From Botryllus schlosseri (lineage: Eukaryota): a stretch of DNA of 64,000 nucleotides. The notes below the pieces were generated by a model, which was not told where the DNA came from, searched no databases, and saw only the letters and a list, made by a program, of their open reading frames with translations. Where the stretch lies: NCBI GenBank assembly GCA_051294905.1, contig CM119372.1, positions 18,044,001 through 18,108,000 of the forward strand. The letters run 5' to 3'. The first letter of the stretch is position 1. The number at the start of each line of letters is the position of its first letter. Positions 15,701 to 28,121 of the stretch are shown piece by piece. The position numbers were made by a program, and so were the translations under genes.

Positions 15701-18700
15701 CCTCTTTCTCGGATCCGAAAATATAGGGGGGGGGGTGATAGATATATGTCGACATTGATGAGGGGGCGACGAATTGAAAAAGGTTGGGAATCACTGCAAT
15801 AATACATACTAAGTGCCAAATCCGAATGCCGATTTCACCAAGTGCTGTATATCACAATTCACGCTCATATTCTGAACTGAAACATTTCTTTTCAAATTTG
15901 GTAACACAATATTGATGCACTGCTGTAATAATAATAATAATGGTTATTATTACATTTCTAATGCCGAATACAACATGATTAATTCACCAAGTGCCGAATT
16001 TAGTGGTATATTCACGTTTGTTTGTTGCAAAATGCATGAATTCGCCACGATTAGGTACAGGGGTCAGTATTATTACACAGAGCGTGTACCGTGTAGTCAG
16101 CATAAAACTACTACATTCTTTCCAAATTATGAGCTTATTCTAAATGGCATATGGTGGAGCTTAATTACCCAAATCAATACCACTCAAATGCAGTCAACCA
16201 TTCCTGGACTAAATTAGCGAAGTGTTACGAAAGCAGCTCGTGAAACGTACCAGAAGTGCAATGCAAGATCAACACAACTCTTTCAGAGGCAGTAAGATTT
16301 CACAATGTGCCGCGTACTGTGACGCCTGCACTTCATCTTGTGACTTGTGATGGGATGAAAGGAAGTTTGGACATTGTATACCCGGATATTGAAAGACATT
16401 AGTACAAACGCAAGCGGTCATCAATCAGATATGAACCCGTGGTTCAATCTGGCAAATGGCGTTACTGGGTGTCAAGCATTTTCAAAGCTACTTTACATAA
16501 CTAATGAGCCAATTCTTATTAAATACAGCCGGCAATTCTAGTCACAAAAATCTACCACTCGTCCTATTTTAATGTTTCTATCACCATGACTCAATCTAGG
16601 ATAGTGCATTCCTGAAACAAAGATAATGTTCGATTCATTCTATAATGGAAATCCAGTAATGAAAATTTGTCATGCATAGCTTTCAGCATGAATTAACACA
16701 TCAACCATAATTTCAACACCAATGACACAGCGAGCCAATGTGTAACGGCATTGATGGTGAGCTAAAGTCAAATAAGATTTAACAGCAGGTAATAAAAAGA
16801 CAGTGTCACAATGCAAATTTATATAAAACAACAGGTGAAAGTACTGATACTCAATCGAGCGACAGGAATCAAAACACTGCAACTATACCGGTACGTCCAC
16901 AAAGGAGACAGTGACAGCTCCGAAGAGAGGAATTTCATTGATAAGCGGTCGAAGTTCAACACGAATCAGTCCGCGGATGGACAAGTCTTTGATTCCCACA
17001 CTGAGCACATTGAGTTTGTTCAGTGTGACGCGTATGTTTGTGTCGCTCTTGTATCTAAAATCGGGAATTTAGTACTATAACGTCACACAACCATAAGGAA
17101 ATCTAATGCTAAGAGACTAAGGAAAAGTAGATGGACTAACATTGACACAACCATTAGTCATTGCAAGTATGAACGACAGCTACATGCTACAAAGGGTTAT
17201 CAACACCAGTCGAATCAAAATCAAAACTATAACAAAGAGAGTGTTGCTGAGATATTGGCATTGTATTAGGAAACATATTGGTAGCCTATTAGTCACAGGA
17301 TACATTTTGTTATTTCTAAAGTTTACATGGGGTGAGCTATCAATATCAGGATAAGCAAGCATGAAACTCAAAATACACTTTTTACAAGTTACCTGCTACC
17401 TTTCATATATTCTATTTCCAACTCATAAGTTTTTTACGACTTGACTTGAGCAGTGTCTGCTTGTGTAATATAACAGCATAGCTTTCATTGTTAGGAATGT
17501 TATCAGTGCGCTTTCAACCAACATACGGTCATCATGTGACAGAGCATGCGAATTGCTAGGAAATGAAAATCACGGGAGCCTGACATAACGAAGACAGACG
17601 ATGAATTGACAAATTTTAATTTACATCTCTTCAAGCAATGACTTTTATGCTAAAGGACAGAATATTGCAAACAGCTGCAGACCAGCAAACCAGAAGTTGC
17701 ACCTAGTGTTATCTCAGCTGTCATGAACGTTTCTGAATGATCCTTACATTATTCATGGCCAGTATATGAATCAGTATTCTAGTGAATACGGCAAATTTTC
17801 AGCACAGCGTACTTCGTGTTTGGTGCACTGAGTTAGAGGCATGGTGAGGTGTAGGTAAACCCTGCTTTCACACATGAAAACTGAGAAGTTGAACATCTTT
17901 ACATAGGTAGATTTTAACATGACATCATGGCCTCTACGGGCTTCTCCGTTCTGTGGAACTCTCCATTTGATTTTGCCAAATATTTTCACACAATATGCTG
18001 AGGTTTACAGAGAAAGGATTACAATGGGGAAAGTGACTGCAGTGTACCTGTACGTGTACAGCTGTAGACTATCAATTAAAATGATTATTCAAAGAAGCTG
18101 AATGGATAAGACATGCATAACTTGTGTTGACAATAAGGCTTAGTAAAACAACTATCCTGTAGCAGAGCAGAACTTTGAACCACTACCTCTATTTCTACCT
18201 TGAAGACATGGAGCCCTTTGTCCAAGATCTCATCTATTATTGCAATCTAGTATCCATCAATAATTAAGAGCTAGTCTGCTATAACCACGAAAGTGAATAG
18301 AAAAACGTGAAATCTCACGCAAGCTGCAAATCCATGACAATTTCCGAACGTCTCGTGTGCTTGCTACCGTATACTTTCACGCCGGAGAACCGCGGAGCCT
18401 TATCCCCCAGATCGAATTTTGAGAAGGAGAAACCTTTAAGCAAGTCATTCGACTGGCGAATGGAAGGCTCGATCTGAAATAGTGAAAATGTTACCACCGT
18501 TTACTTTGTGGTTTTGGTGAGAATTTCGAATATGACAACGTTACCTTCTCGAATATCAGGTTTTGTACGTAACGGCCGACGTAAGGCCACATTTGTTCGA
18601 TTACCTTATTCAACCATTCCGCCTTTTCGACATCGGGGAAATAAACCTGGGAGGCAAAAAATGTAATGAGCATAACAGCATTTGGTGTTGACTTGGCTGG

Positions 18701-21700
18701 TTGGTGACATTAGTCAGCTAAACCTTTTTGTCCAATATAATAATATCACTAGCAACGAGCAATGGTTGTGATGGGTTGGAAGGTCTGCATGAACATGACA
18801 TCCGAACTTCCAAACCAAATGTTGGATACCGAATGGATTATTATATATCTTCAAAACCCATAGATCAAAGCTTACAACCAGGCTCCGAAGTAAGTACACT
18901 TAATGGACTGTCTGCAGTGCATCAAATATCTCAATAAAAATGTCATAATTGAGTACGTACTAATCCTGCCGTTTAGTGAGTGTGTTGAGCCACATAGGAT
19001 TGTACCAAGAATGCCGTGTTATTATTAACCCCACAACAGCAACTGTAGCCCAATTTTTACTCAATAGCTAGTATGTAGTATCAGTGTATGCATCACTCTT
19101 TTGACAGTCATGCTATTATTGGTAGCTACATGTAGCCAGAGTAACGATATACGAGAGAGATTTGTAACCCAACAAAGGACTCTATTTAGTCGACATTTCT
19201 AGTACAAACATCAGACCAAACAAAAAATCCACGCAACATGAAGGACAAGCGCAGACATTAGAAAATCAGGATGGACAATTACAACCACCGCACAATGTGA
19301 ATAGATATCATCATGTATCGCAGAGTTTCCAAACAAAATACTTGACAACTTTCCAAGAAGTCTATTTGTCCAAGTTAAACAAATGAGATAATCCACTCCA
19401 TGGAAATGCCATAGCAACCTAAGCAATAAATATCACAAGGTATTTAATTGATGAATTTATGGGTAGTGTTTGTCTATCAGATGCTCACCACATACTGCCA
19501 TATCGGCAGGTTATACTAATCATATGATTGACAGCTTACTTGACTGGTAGGCCTATCTAAAACAAGTCTGAGTAAGCTTTACAACTCTACGTTGAAATAC
19601 GGGCAATCATATACACTGTTTATACACCAATTTCAGCACAGTCATAAATTGTGGAAGTAGTTGTCACATAAATAAACACCATTCATACTGGGATCTGATA
19701 TGATGTGCGCAAAATGTCCAGGGTCCACAAAACAACTCCAGTCAGCTTCTGCAAGGACTAGTTATTGCGATTCAATACTTCTCTGTAATGACATATTATT
19801 GTGGGAATCTCACATGATATCATGAACAATATTATTCTCTCGGGAATAACTTGCATTGGCAGCTGCCATAGGCTGGCCAAGTTGAGTTGCCAAGCGGAAA
19901 ATTTTCTAACGAATCCATCACAAATGTTCTTCCTTCATCGTCTTACAGAGCGGTAACTCAGCATCTGTTTAATGTGATGATGCAAAGAATGAAGAAATCA
20001 GGTTTCATTGTGTTCAAAATATCTTTCATAATAAATTTCTTTCTGATCGGTCCACCATTTCACCGAAATTGGGAAAGAGATAGCTTTGCCCAAGCCGTTA
20101 GTTTGTGCCGTAACTTACCCACGATGGCAATTCCTTCCCGGACAATTTGTAGACGCTTTCGAGTGCCTTGAAATATTTTTGCTCATCGTCCGCAATATTG
20201 TCCAGCACCTGACAAAATGGCAATTTCAAGACCGTGGAAATGGCTGATGTGGGGAAAACAGAAATGAAGAGACAAAGGAATTGTTACACAAACCACAGAG
20301 AAATGTGGTTTCTAAGATATGAACGAGTAAGCTTGCTGCTATGCTGTAGTAAAACTACATTGACCGCGAAAATACGACAGAGCGCACTTTAGAAAATATG
20401 ATGGCGTCAAAACAATTTCAAAGGTAAAATAAAACCATACAAGGAAGCATGATTTCCAAATATTTTGAAACTACAATTTGGTAGTGCTACACTCAGTAGC
20501 CAGTAGTGCAATAAAATACCGAAGGTACGGTAAGACAAAAGAAGACATTCTTTACATCAGATAGGCCTATCGCAGGCCTACTTGAACCTATATACATTGA
20601 ATAGTTTTTCAAATGTAGGCTTAAAAGGCAGTTACGGTAAAGGGGAAAGCACGGTATGTCCTGTTTTTAATATTTCTAGTTGTGCAATAAGGGCAGAAAA
20701 CGCATTTGCAGTATTTCTCACCTGAGAAGCAATTTTTTTCTGCTCTTGTCGATATTTGCGCCATGTATAAGTTGATACTCCTAAAAAGGTGTATGGCCAA
20801 GTAATTAAAAAGTCACAGTCATTAGGTTTTTAAATGACCGTAAATTAAAACTAACCCATTATAAGCCACAAGATACTAAATCCAAAGTATCCAAGAATCC
20901 AGATAAGGAATGCCACCCCGAAGTATGTTGCTCCAAACTGCAATTTCTTGACTGTAGCAAGCATTCTAAAAGTCGAAGTCATCACCATCACCAGAGATCA
21001 TACAAATCAGTTCATGGATCCACAAAAATCCACTACGATAGCCTAAGGTCGGCTAACAGTCTTCATCAGTTACACTGATATCAATCAATGTATAATATGA
21101 TGCTATGTTGAAGCTGGAAGACACTAACAACATGGTACAACATGGACAAAATATATCCATCTGAGGACATAGGAAAGGGAAAGGGCATATTATAAAAAGC
21201 AGTAAAATATTTGAAATCAGCAATAAATCACGACAACAAGCTTAATGTTTGCTGACACTGCCAGTGGGGTCACCACGTCACCTTATCACCATTTGTCATT
21301 TATAAATCCCAATTGGGGAAGACATGAGTGGAAATTGACATCCAGGGAATTAGCCTTCAGAAACGACTCGATTTTTTATTTTCTATTCATTTTTATTTTA
21401 ATTTTATTTTTATTCATTTTTTTTGGGGGGGGGGTGGATTAGGTAAAAATCATGTTACCGGCCAGACCCACACCTATACTATTTTGTTTCATTTTTAGCC
21501 ACGTCTCTCATCAACTCAAACCAAATAAGCCTCATTTAAGAGGTTTTATAAACAATAGACTGGAAAGACAAATAGCTACTTGTACATATGTACAATGTAG
21601 GCCTACTTGTACAATGTACTTGTACATGTACATTGTACATGTTGTACAAAATGTACGTGCTACATGCTTCAGTCTCTTCTGTACTGATTTACTGAGAGAG

Positions 21701-22273
21701 TGAATAGACTTTTGAGCAAATCCTATATAGCTACTGCCAGAGAGTTCTATCTGGAAACAAATTGTTATGCAATGAACGAACATCATCTCTTTTCCATGAC
21801 CTAGGCCGACCTTTGAGGATGTTCCGTCACAATGCAATAACTGGGTATGCCAGATAGAATCGACAACAGCAACACCCAATTACCCATATCCAGTACCGGG
21901 CAGCCTACATTATTATTGCTGAACAGTGAACAATCTGAACTTGCTAGATTCGAGTCAAAGCAAATAGTACTTGCCTATATTCCCTGTTTAAGATGAATAA
22001 AAACACAGTGCTACACTTCAAAGCCGGCAGAAGTAATCAAAAACAATATCCCATTACAGCAACACTGTCGAAAATATAAAAGGGACCATTGAAAACCTTT
22101 TTAGTAGGTAAGCCTTACCTATCTTTGACTGCAACAGCAGCGGGGCTATCGTCTTCTGGTGTTCCCCCATCAGGAGTACCATCAAGTATAGGCTCGCGAA
22201 TCGTACTTTCCAAAGTCCGATTATCGTCAGTATTTTCAGCAGCATCGGTGCGACGTCGTCTTATCTCACTCAT
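726..22273 (-). CDS. ESYT: Extended synaptotagmin (ESYT2/3-like), multi-exon, 3' end outside the window. Exons: 22273-22119, 20965-20856, 20780-20722, 20208-20119, 18646-18545, 18473-18319, 17054-16889, 15152-14976, 14435-14333, 13883-13721, 13131-13083, 13022-12933, 12186-12109, 9689-9609, 9239-9153, 6225-6073, 5546-5423, 4958-4842, 2597-2495, 2428-2327, 863-726 (optional 11465-11424 and 4026-4000)
   Basis: GT-AG exons with consistent phases. They translate to a TM hairpin (YFGVAFLIWILGYFGFSILWLIMG), the SMP entry (ELPSWVYFPDVEKAEWLNKVIEQMWPY) and SMP end (IDFDLTDLGNFFDIPGL...MMVLPER...RFPMPE). C2A: GVLRVHVLEARNLLEKD...SDPYV...NLNPVWNERF...LYDDD...DFLG. C2B: FLNLYIDSAKHLP...NPVWEENF. Basic C2C: GRLRLKISY...SDPYVRIYL...KKKTKVVKNDLNPIFKET. 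Linker exons 5546-5423 and 4958-4842 are less certain. Confidence 0.93.
4300..4511 (+). mobile_element. Degenerate copy of the 'ctacttctact' hAT-type MITE family (same family as 26439-30359; further remnants at ~13190-13655 and ~47465-47550)
   Basis: Shares gaagt.ctcaagtag, the ctacttctactt repeats and the terminal gaccacctctg with the full element. Confidence 0.55.
5780..6035. repeat. Degenerate tandem repeat, ~40-60 bp unit (aaatc.gctcc...tactaccaaaactac), in an ESYT intron
   Basis: tact(a/c)(c/t)caaaacta recurs near 5796, 5848, 5893 and 5960, each near aaaatctt.aaaat. Confidence 0.6.
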
Positions 22274-22349
22274 GATTGTCGCAAATAGATATCTTCTGTG
22301 GCCGCTCAGAATGGCCTACGACGTAATTATAAATGTGCTATTCTACCAT

Positions 22350-22380
22350 CTAGGAAAATATACAAAAACAATTAGAAAAA
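22350..22380 (-). promoter_or_regulatory. Strong splice acceptor 76 nt upstream of the ESYT ATG; candidate spliced-leader trans-splice acceptor
   Basis: Minus strand tttttctaattgtttttgtatattttcctag has a branch-like CTAAT, a long U tract and AG. The only adjacent GTAAGT would give a 38-nt intron, shorter than any other intron here. Confidence 0.5.
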
Positions 22381-23338
22381 AACTTACAATGTAAATATAA
22401 CTTGGACATTAAATTAAATTGCAATTATTACAGTATTATCGTACCATATAGAAAGCTCATGCGCAAATTGTTCTGTGGATCGAATCTACAGTTAAAGTTA
22501 CAGTACCGTAAATAAAAACTAATGCTGACGGAAACAGTTTGAAAACCAACCACAAAACATAAACATAACAAAAAAGGTCGCACTACATATGCACACAGTT
22601 TTGTCACCTAAAAAGCGTTTTCAACAGGTCGCAGTACCGATCATGCCATTAGGAAGTAAAACGAAGAGTGATAGCCTGAAAAAATATTCAACAGGAAGGA
22701 ATGCCATATCACGATGGAATGAGACTTCCTCTTTCCGTAACGACTTATGGATCATAAACACAGATTCAGCATGATAACTCGAAACTGATTGTAAAAGTAA
22801 CCCACTACAATCAACGACACCTCTTCAAATTGAACTCACTACAGAATTCAAAGATATGGCGAGCACACTAAAATTTTCTCGGAACGTACTCGGGACACAG
22901 TGTAACGATCGGCACAAAAGCTACAAGAAACTGAGGGACTTAACAAAGACATCTCTGATCTACCGTAAACACAAGAGCGATAATCGCATATGACTATGTC
23001 TATAATTATAAGTAAAAAAATCGGCTGCAACAAATTGTATCAAAACTTCAACAGACACCACTTAAATGCTTCAGCTACAAACAGGGATACAACATAAGTT
23101 GAAGTGTCCAATGCGGCAATCACAAATGCATCAATGCAATCAAATGGTGACAATGGCAACAGTCTGCTTAAAGATGGTGTTGCATTTGAAGTATGCAACA
23201 CACTTCGAGAGGTGTCAAATTTCTTTGGATTCTACTTTCTAAACACACATCGTCTGCAGTCCCTAATTATCGTCGGATACATGATTAGAATGGACGCCCA
23301 GTTGCTTGCTGATCTATATAATCTGTCGGTAAGTAGCA

Positions 23339-25600
23339 TCACAATGACAGTTCTTCGATGTCGTCATCTTGGATAGGAGTGGAGGCGTTAACGTGAAGCC
23401 CCGTTTTCACTTTATAATTTGAATTCACAGTACCGTTGACTTTCGACGACGTCACCACATTTTTCTCCCAGGGATATCCCGAATGAACCGGCTTCGCCCT
23501 TGGCGTGATTGTCTCCGCGTTTCTTTGCTCTGTCGTTGGTTTCTTATCGGACTTTGCTTGATCTCCGAACAATTGCGATAACAGATCCGAATCCTTGTTC
23601 GCTTTCCCGCTATTAACGTCGAACAACGGTTCATCATCGTCTGATCCGGAGCTCAAAATCGACGCTTTCTTATTGACTCCTCTAGGTTTACGGCTTTTAT
23701 CTATCTTGCCGGCGGTAGGAGCGTAGCTACCGAACGAAAGATCGCTTTCAGACGTTTCCACGGGCCTTTTCACAGTCGTCGGTATTCCGAGATGTAGATT
23801 CTCGACCACCGGGTCTGTATCACTACCTAGCAACGATCGGACTCTGTCCGCCTTTGATTTCTGGGTAGTTTCGCTGCTACTCATATAAACTGAATTTCTG
23901 CTTTGCGTTGCCTCGGCCGTTGTTTGCGAATCGATCAGACTCAACGCGTCGGGAGGTGATCTCGGAGAATCGTCTTCTTGTTCGATATCGCGCATTTTCG
24001 CTAGAAGAGCCGCCTTTTTTCTCTGCTGTTCCGCCGCTAGTCTCTCCTGTTCACGCTTTTCCTCTTCCTTTCTTCTCATGTCTTCCTCTATTTTCTTCAA
24101 CTTAAGATTCTCTTCTTCGGCCTTCCGCCGTAGAAAGGACTCATCGTAAGGGTCCTCGTCTCGGATCGCTTCGGCGCGAGTTTTGGATGGCTTGCGGAAA
24201 GAGTCCGGTTCGGGGCTAGATTTTTCTGCCGTTTTCTCAAACTCCAGCGAGTCTGCCACGCGATCACGAGGCGTCGGAGTATCCGACTTGAAACTTGATG
24301 TGAGGAAGGTTCTTTCTTTCACTTCCAGAACGGTTTTAGTCTCGATGCCGACTCCGTTTGCTTGGACTGCTTTTTTGTGCTCACGCCGACTAATCGGGGA
24401 TGTCGACATGGGTGCCGGAGATGGTGGACGAGGGGATGGTAAACTTTGCTCTACTTGGGTTGGCTTTGATCTATTGCTTTGTTCCGGGCTACTGAACTCA
24501 ATTGCTGCTGGTTTCGACTGCCTGCTTTCTTTATCGACAATTGCTAACTTCAAAGTTGTAGACGGCACCGATGTATCCCTCTGCTTTCTCGGTGTTGAGT
24601 TGATGGATGTAGATTCCATATTTCGAAGGCTGTATATATTGGTAACGCCGAGAGCTCGTTCTTTTTCTTTGAGCTTACCAACGACCGATTGGTGTTCTTC
24701 GATCATTTCGTCTAATTTCTTTTGAGTTTCTTTGTGCTTTTGACGCTCCGTTCGGATTTGTCTCTTGTAGCTATTTTCAATCAATTCGTACTTTTTCTCG
24801 AGCTCCTTCACTCTTCTTTCGGCTACACCTAGGTCGTTCTCTGTATTACTGAGCTTCCGAGCAAGATCGGACCTTTCGCCGAGGTTCTTTTCTTCAACGA
24901 TTACTTTCAATTTCTTCAAGGCTTTGCTCATCTTTTTCATTTCTTGATCATTGTCTCGCAATTTTTCGTTGAGACGCTTTTCCGAGTCTTGAGCTTTTCT
25001 GAGCCGCGCTCTCAAGACTTTTTGCTCCTCAAAATTCTGCGAAATTAATCGTGGGAGATCGTTTTCGACATCTTCAAATTTTCGGAGCGCCTTGTCTTGG
25101 CGAAACTGCACCGTTTTTAATATTTTGTTCTCCTTTAGCAGATCTTCGAGGCGCTGTTCTGCTTCGCCTAGTTCATTTTGAACGTCGTTGATGCGTCTCT
25201 GCTTCGCTGAGAGCAATCTTGCGGCAACCACGTCATGACGAGGTCGGGCCCCGCGGTCTGAATAGTTCGAACGCAATCCATTACTACGTCTTGGCTTTAC
25301 GTAAGTCCTACGGCCAACACTTTGGGTAGTTTTTTTACTGCTCGTCGAATGCAAATCTGAAGTGGAAGATTTGTAACTATCCAGCTCCCCTCGCCGTCTT
25401 GGCCTGTCATTACCTGTCCGCTTTCGACTAGGGGTTCTTTGCCTGCTTCGACTTTCTGTTTCGAAGTCATCAGAATAGTCTGATCGATAGGATACATCGT
25501 CATCGTCGGAGTACGCCGGCGAGCGACGCCGCTCTCGGGAAGACGATCGATCCCGATAACGTCCAACAGGAGAACGACGTCTTGGTATACTTCTGCTCAT
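23339..25600 (-). CDS. LCA5: Lebercilin (LCA5)-like ciliary coiled-coil protein, 753 aa, single coding exon
   Basis: Uninterrupted ORF. Lebercilin coiled-coil signature RLLSAKQRRINDVQNEL...LLKENKILKTVQFRQDKALRKFEDVENDLPRLI...LRARLRKAQ, SFGSYAPT motif, acidic C-terminus DDDIEELSL. Confidence 0.9.
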   Translation of the reverse strand: MSRSIPRRRSPVGRYRDRSSSRERRRSPAYSDDDDVSYRSDYSDDFETESRSRQRTPSRKRTGNDRPRRRGELDSYKSSTSDLHSTSSKKTTQSVGRRTYVKPRRSNGLRSNYSDRGARPRHDVVAARLLSAKQRRINDVQNELGEAEQRLEDLLKENKILKTVQFRQDKALRKFEDVENDLPRLISQNFEEQKVLRARLRKAQDSEKRLNEKLRDNDQEMKKMSKALKKLKVIVEEKNLGERSDLARKLSNTENDLGVAERRVKELEKKYELIENSYKRQIRTERQKHKETQKKLDEMIEEHQSVVGKLKEKERALGVTNIYSLRNMESTSINSTPRKQRDTSVPSTTLKLAIVDKESRQSKPAAIEFSSPEQSNRSKPTQVEQSLPSPRPPSPAPMSTSPISRREHKKAVQANGVGIETKTVLEVKERTFLTSSFKSDTPTPRDRVADSLEFEKTAEKSSPEPDSFRKPSKTRAEAIRDEDPYDESFLRRKAEEENLKLKKIEEDMRRKEEEKREQERLAAEQQRKKAALLAKMRDIEQEDDSPRSPPDALSLIDSQTTAEATQSRNSVYMSSSETTQKSKADRVRSLLGSDTDPVVENLHLGIPTTVKRPVETSESDLSFGSYAPTAGKIDKSRKPRGVNKKASILSSGSDDDEPLFDVNSGKANKDSDLLSQLFGDQAKSDKKPTTEQRNAETITPRAKPVHSGYPWEKNVVTSSKVNGTVNSNYKVKTGLHVNASTPIQDDDIEELSL

Positions 25601-26150
25601 CTGGCTAAATTTTCAAACATCGAACGGGATAAAAATGCAAGAATATCTTCTCCGGTCGGCAATATGGACCAGTAAATTGTCGCAGTGATGGCGCGACGGG
25701 TGCGCAGCGTTAGTTACCAAGCAGGAATGAGAAATATTTGTTTTGATTATCACCTGGAGCATGACTACTGGCGTAAAGTATGGCTCATTACAACTGTCAG
25801 TACTTCGTACTTGGAGAGACCGAATGCGTTTTTCGACAACCTCTCAAACCAACAATATGTATGATACATGAAATTAGTCCTTTAGCAACGAAAATGGAAT
25901 GAGTGTATTAGATTTCCTACCAAGTAAATTCATATTCTGTTCTGCTAATACTTCGTACTTTACAACCCATGATTGCAAGAGAACAAATGAACGGAGCAGA
26001 CTACAATCTATCATTGGGTTATAATTTTCATCTGAACAAGTTACACACAATGTACAATGCGATGTAATGAACAGATAGGAGGATGCCGAACGACACGCAC
26101 CAGTAGCGATCCTTTACTCTAACATCCAACTCGGCCTAGAGTGCCCGAGG

Positions 26151-26362
26151 TCACAGTTCTTTTCGATGTTGATCTTTTTTGAAGCCGCGGTCCTTTCTAC
26201 TAGGTCTTTCCATTCCTTGTGAGTGCTTTCTTTCTTCAGGTCTTTTTTCTTGGCTTTTTCTGGACAGCGGGGGAAGAGGAGCCCAGATGAACCTCCGATG
26301 GGAATCGAACCCGCGGTCCCCCGGCCTAGTAGACACCTATCGTTACCACTACGCTATCTCCG
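26151..26362 (-). mobile_element. tRNA-derived SINE (head ~26362-26294; 3' end approximate)
   Basis: A-box TAGCGTAGTGG and B-box GGTTCGATTCC at tRNA spacing, but no pairing acceptor stem; followed by a purine-rich tail. Confidence 0.6.
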
Positions 26363-27740
26363 CTTATTGCTAAGGCCATAATCAGTGGTGGCCTTACGAT
26401 TAGTGGGCCCTGGGCGATGCTTCCGGGGGGCTTATAAGCAGAGGTGGTCAGTAACGAAGTACTTCTACTTTTTCGAAGTACTCAAGTAGTTTTCCACTAC
26501 TTGTGGTACTTACTCCAGTAAATCTAATTTCCGCTACTTCTACTTCTACTTCGTAATTTTTTGTGATCTACTTACTTACTTCACGCTATTTTCAGTTTGT
26601 CAAGTAGAAGTAGTATAATCCTCCGATTGGACAGAGAGACTGAGGAATTTTGGTGTTGTTTTCATAGAGTACCAACATTTAATTTTCAGAAAAGTGAACT
26701 AAATCTCAGAATTTTCTTCGCGCTTCGCGCAAAGTAGATAGGGCGTGTCAAGTAGCCTATGTTTACACGAAAATATTTGTGAATAGGCTATAATTTAGGT
26801 AGCGGTAGCGAGGCTCCCTTTAGTCACACCGCATTGTCGTCCATATGAAATAGTTCATCACAGTAAATAAGACTCATCATAACATTTGAAACTACTAGTT
26901 TCACAATCCAGCATTTACCCATCACATCGTAATCTAGCAGCCTAGCACGGCGTGTCCTAATCTGGAAAAGTTGTCTCTGACTTTTTGATCATGATACATG
27001 TTTCAGCAGACCACTATTGAAGCTATCTGGACAAGAGACATGTAACACATTTTCCGCTTTTCAGAAGTGGTGTTTGTATTTCTCGTTTAGTTCGCAGTGT
27101 CATTAGTTTCAGTGCGTTTGTCTGGATCTGGAGAACCTACATGTTGAAGTTTAAAAGCAAATGTAGTATTTTCCGAAAATAAAATTACGCTATGGGATGG
27201 CATTTTTACGATCCTTTATATTTTTGAATAATGTATACTAATCTCGCTACAGCTTCTTGGTATTGCTCTTCGACTAAACTATTGGCCTTATAATATGGGT
27301 GAGGGCGCCGCACCAAGACGTTTTCTAAAACGGGGTGTTCGGGTAAACAAAGGTTAGTGTCGATAGCGATGTCTTTCGCACCCAATGATGCGTACGAATG
27401 CTCATGCTTTTGAAAATCGATACCTCATGTGATGCATCAATATGAATCAAGCTCTCTGCACCCTCCGTATAGCTCAATTTGCAGCTTTTTTCAGTCCATG
27501 TGAACGTATTATGACCGTTTTCAAAACTACTTACTTACTTGAGTAGATTTTAAGCCAAGAAATTCTACTTCTACTTCAAGTAGTTTTAGGTTGATTATAA
27601 AAAGAGTACTTCTACTCATACTTGAGTAGATTTTTGGGTCGCTACTTCTACTTCTACTTGAGTAGCCTTCAAATAGCTGGTTCGTGGTACAGAACTTGAA
27701 TATAGCTTTCAATACAATATCCATTGTATAATAATATTTA

Positions 27741-27781
27741 TTAACTCGAAGACTTTTCGGGTGCCTCTTTTCAAGAGTTAA
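27741..27781 (-). ncRNA. Minimal type I hammerhead ribozyme motif (U3-A8 core variant) in the Penelope-like 3' region
   Basis: Minus strand TTAACTC-TTGAAAA-GAGGCACCC-GAAA-AGTCTTC-GAGTTAA. It has a perfect 7-bp stem I, core UUGAAAA, a short imperfect stem II, GAAA, a minimal stem III and a UUC cleavage triplet. Confidence 0.65.
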
Positions 27782-28121
27782 CGGCACACTAAAGGGATTT
27801 GAACAGATTTAAAAGCAAAACCAAAAAGGCAAAGTATGACGCAACAATCGAAATCACAAACCATGAAATTCGCATTGTACCAATGGCAACAATAACAAAC
27901 TATGAAGTATACGGACATACGGTACTATAGTAGCAACGCAATTCGTAAATAAACAGTTACACACACGAAACACATGAACTAATGGGAAATTTGTAGGTTA
28001 TAGAGAAAATCTTTTTGTCTACATAAAATAGGTTTGTTCAACTGAATAATAGTAGACTCCAGCACTTTTAGATGAAACAAAGACCTACCACGCGCAATGA
28101 CAGTGAACATATTGTCATCAT

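Noticed and set aside
22350..22387. 38-nt cis intron in the ESYT 5' UTR
   Set aside because: Shorter than all other introns here (60 nt or more in the confident models), so a trans-splice acceptor is preferred; not formally excluded.
23908..24725. Antisense ORFs overlapping LCA5 (65 aa, 180 aa)
   Set aside because: Shadow frames of a long coding exon with no recognisable motifs.
26294..26362. tRNA gene (also 48965-49040 and 52300-52371)
   Set aside because: A and B boxes are present but there is no acceptor stem or cloverleaf. Two of the three continue into a shared SINE body.
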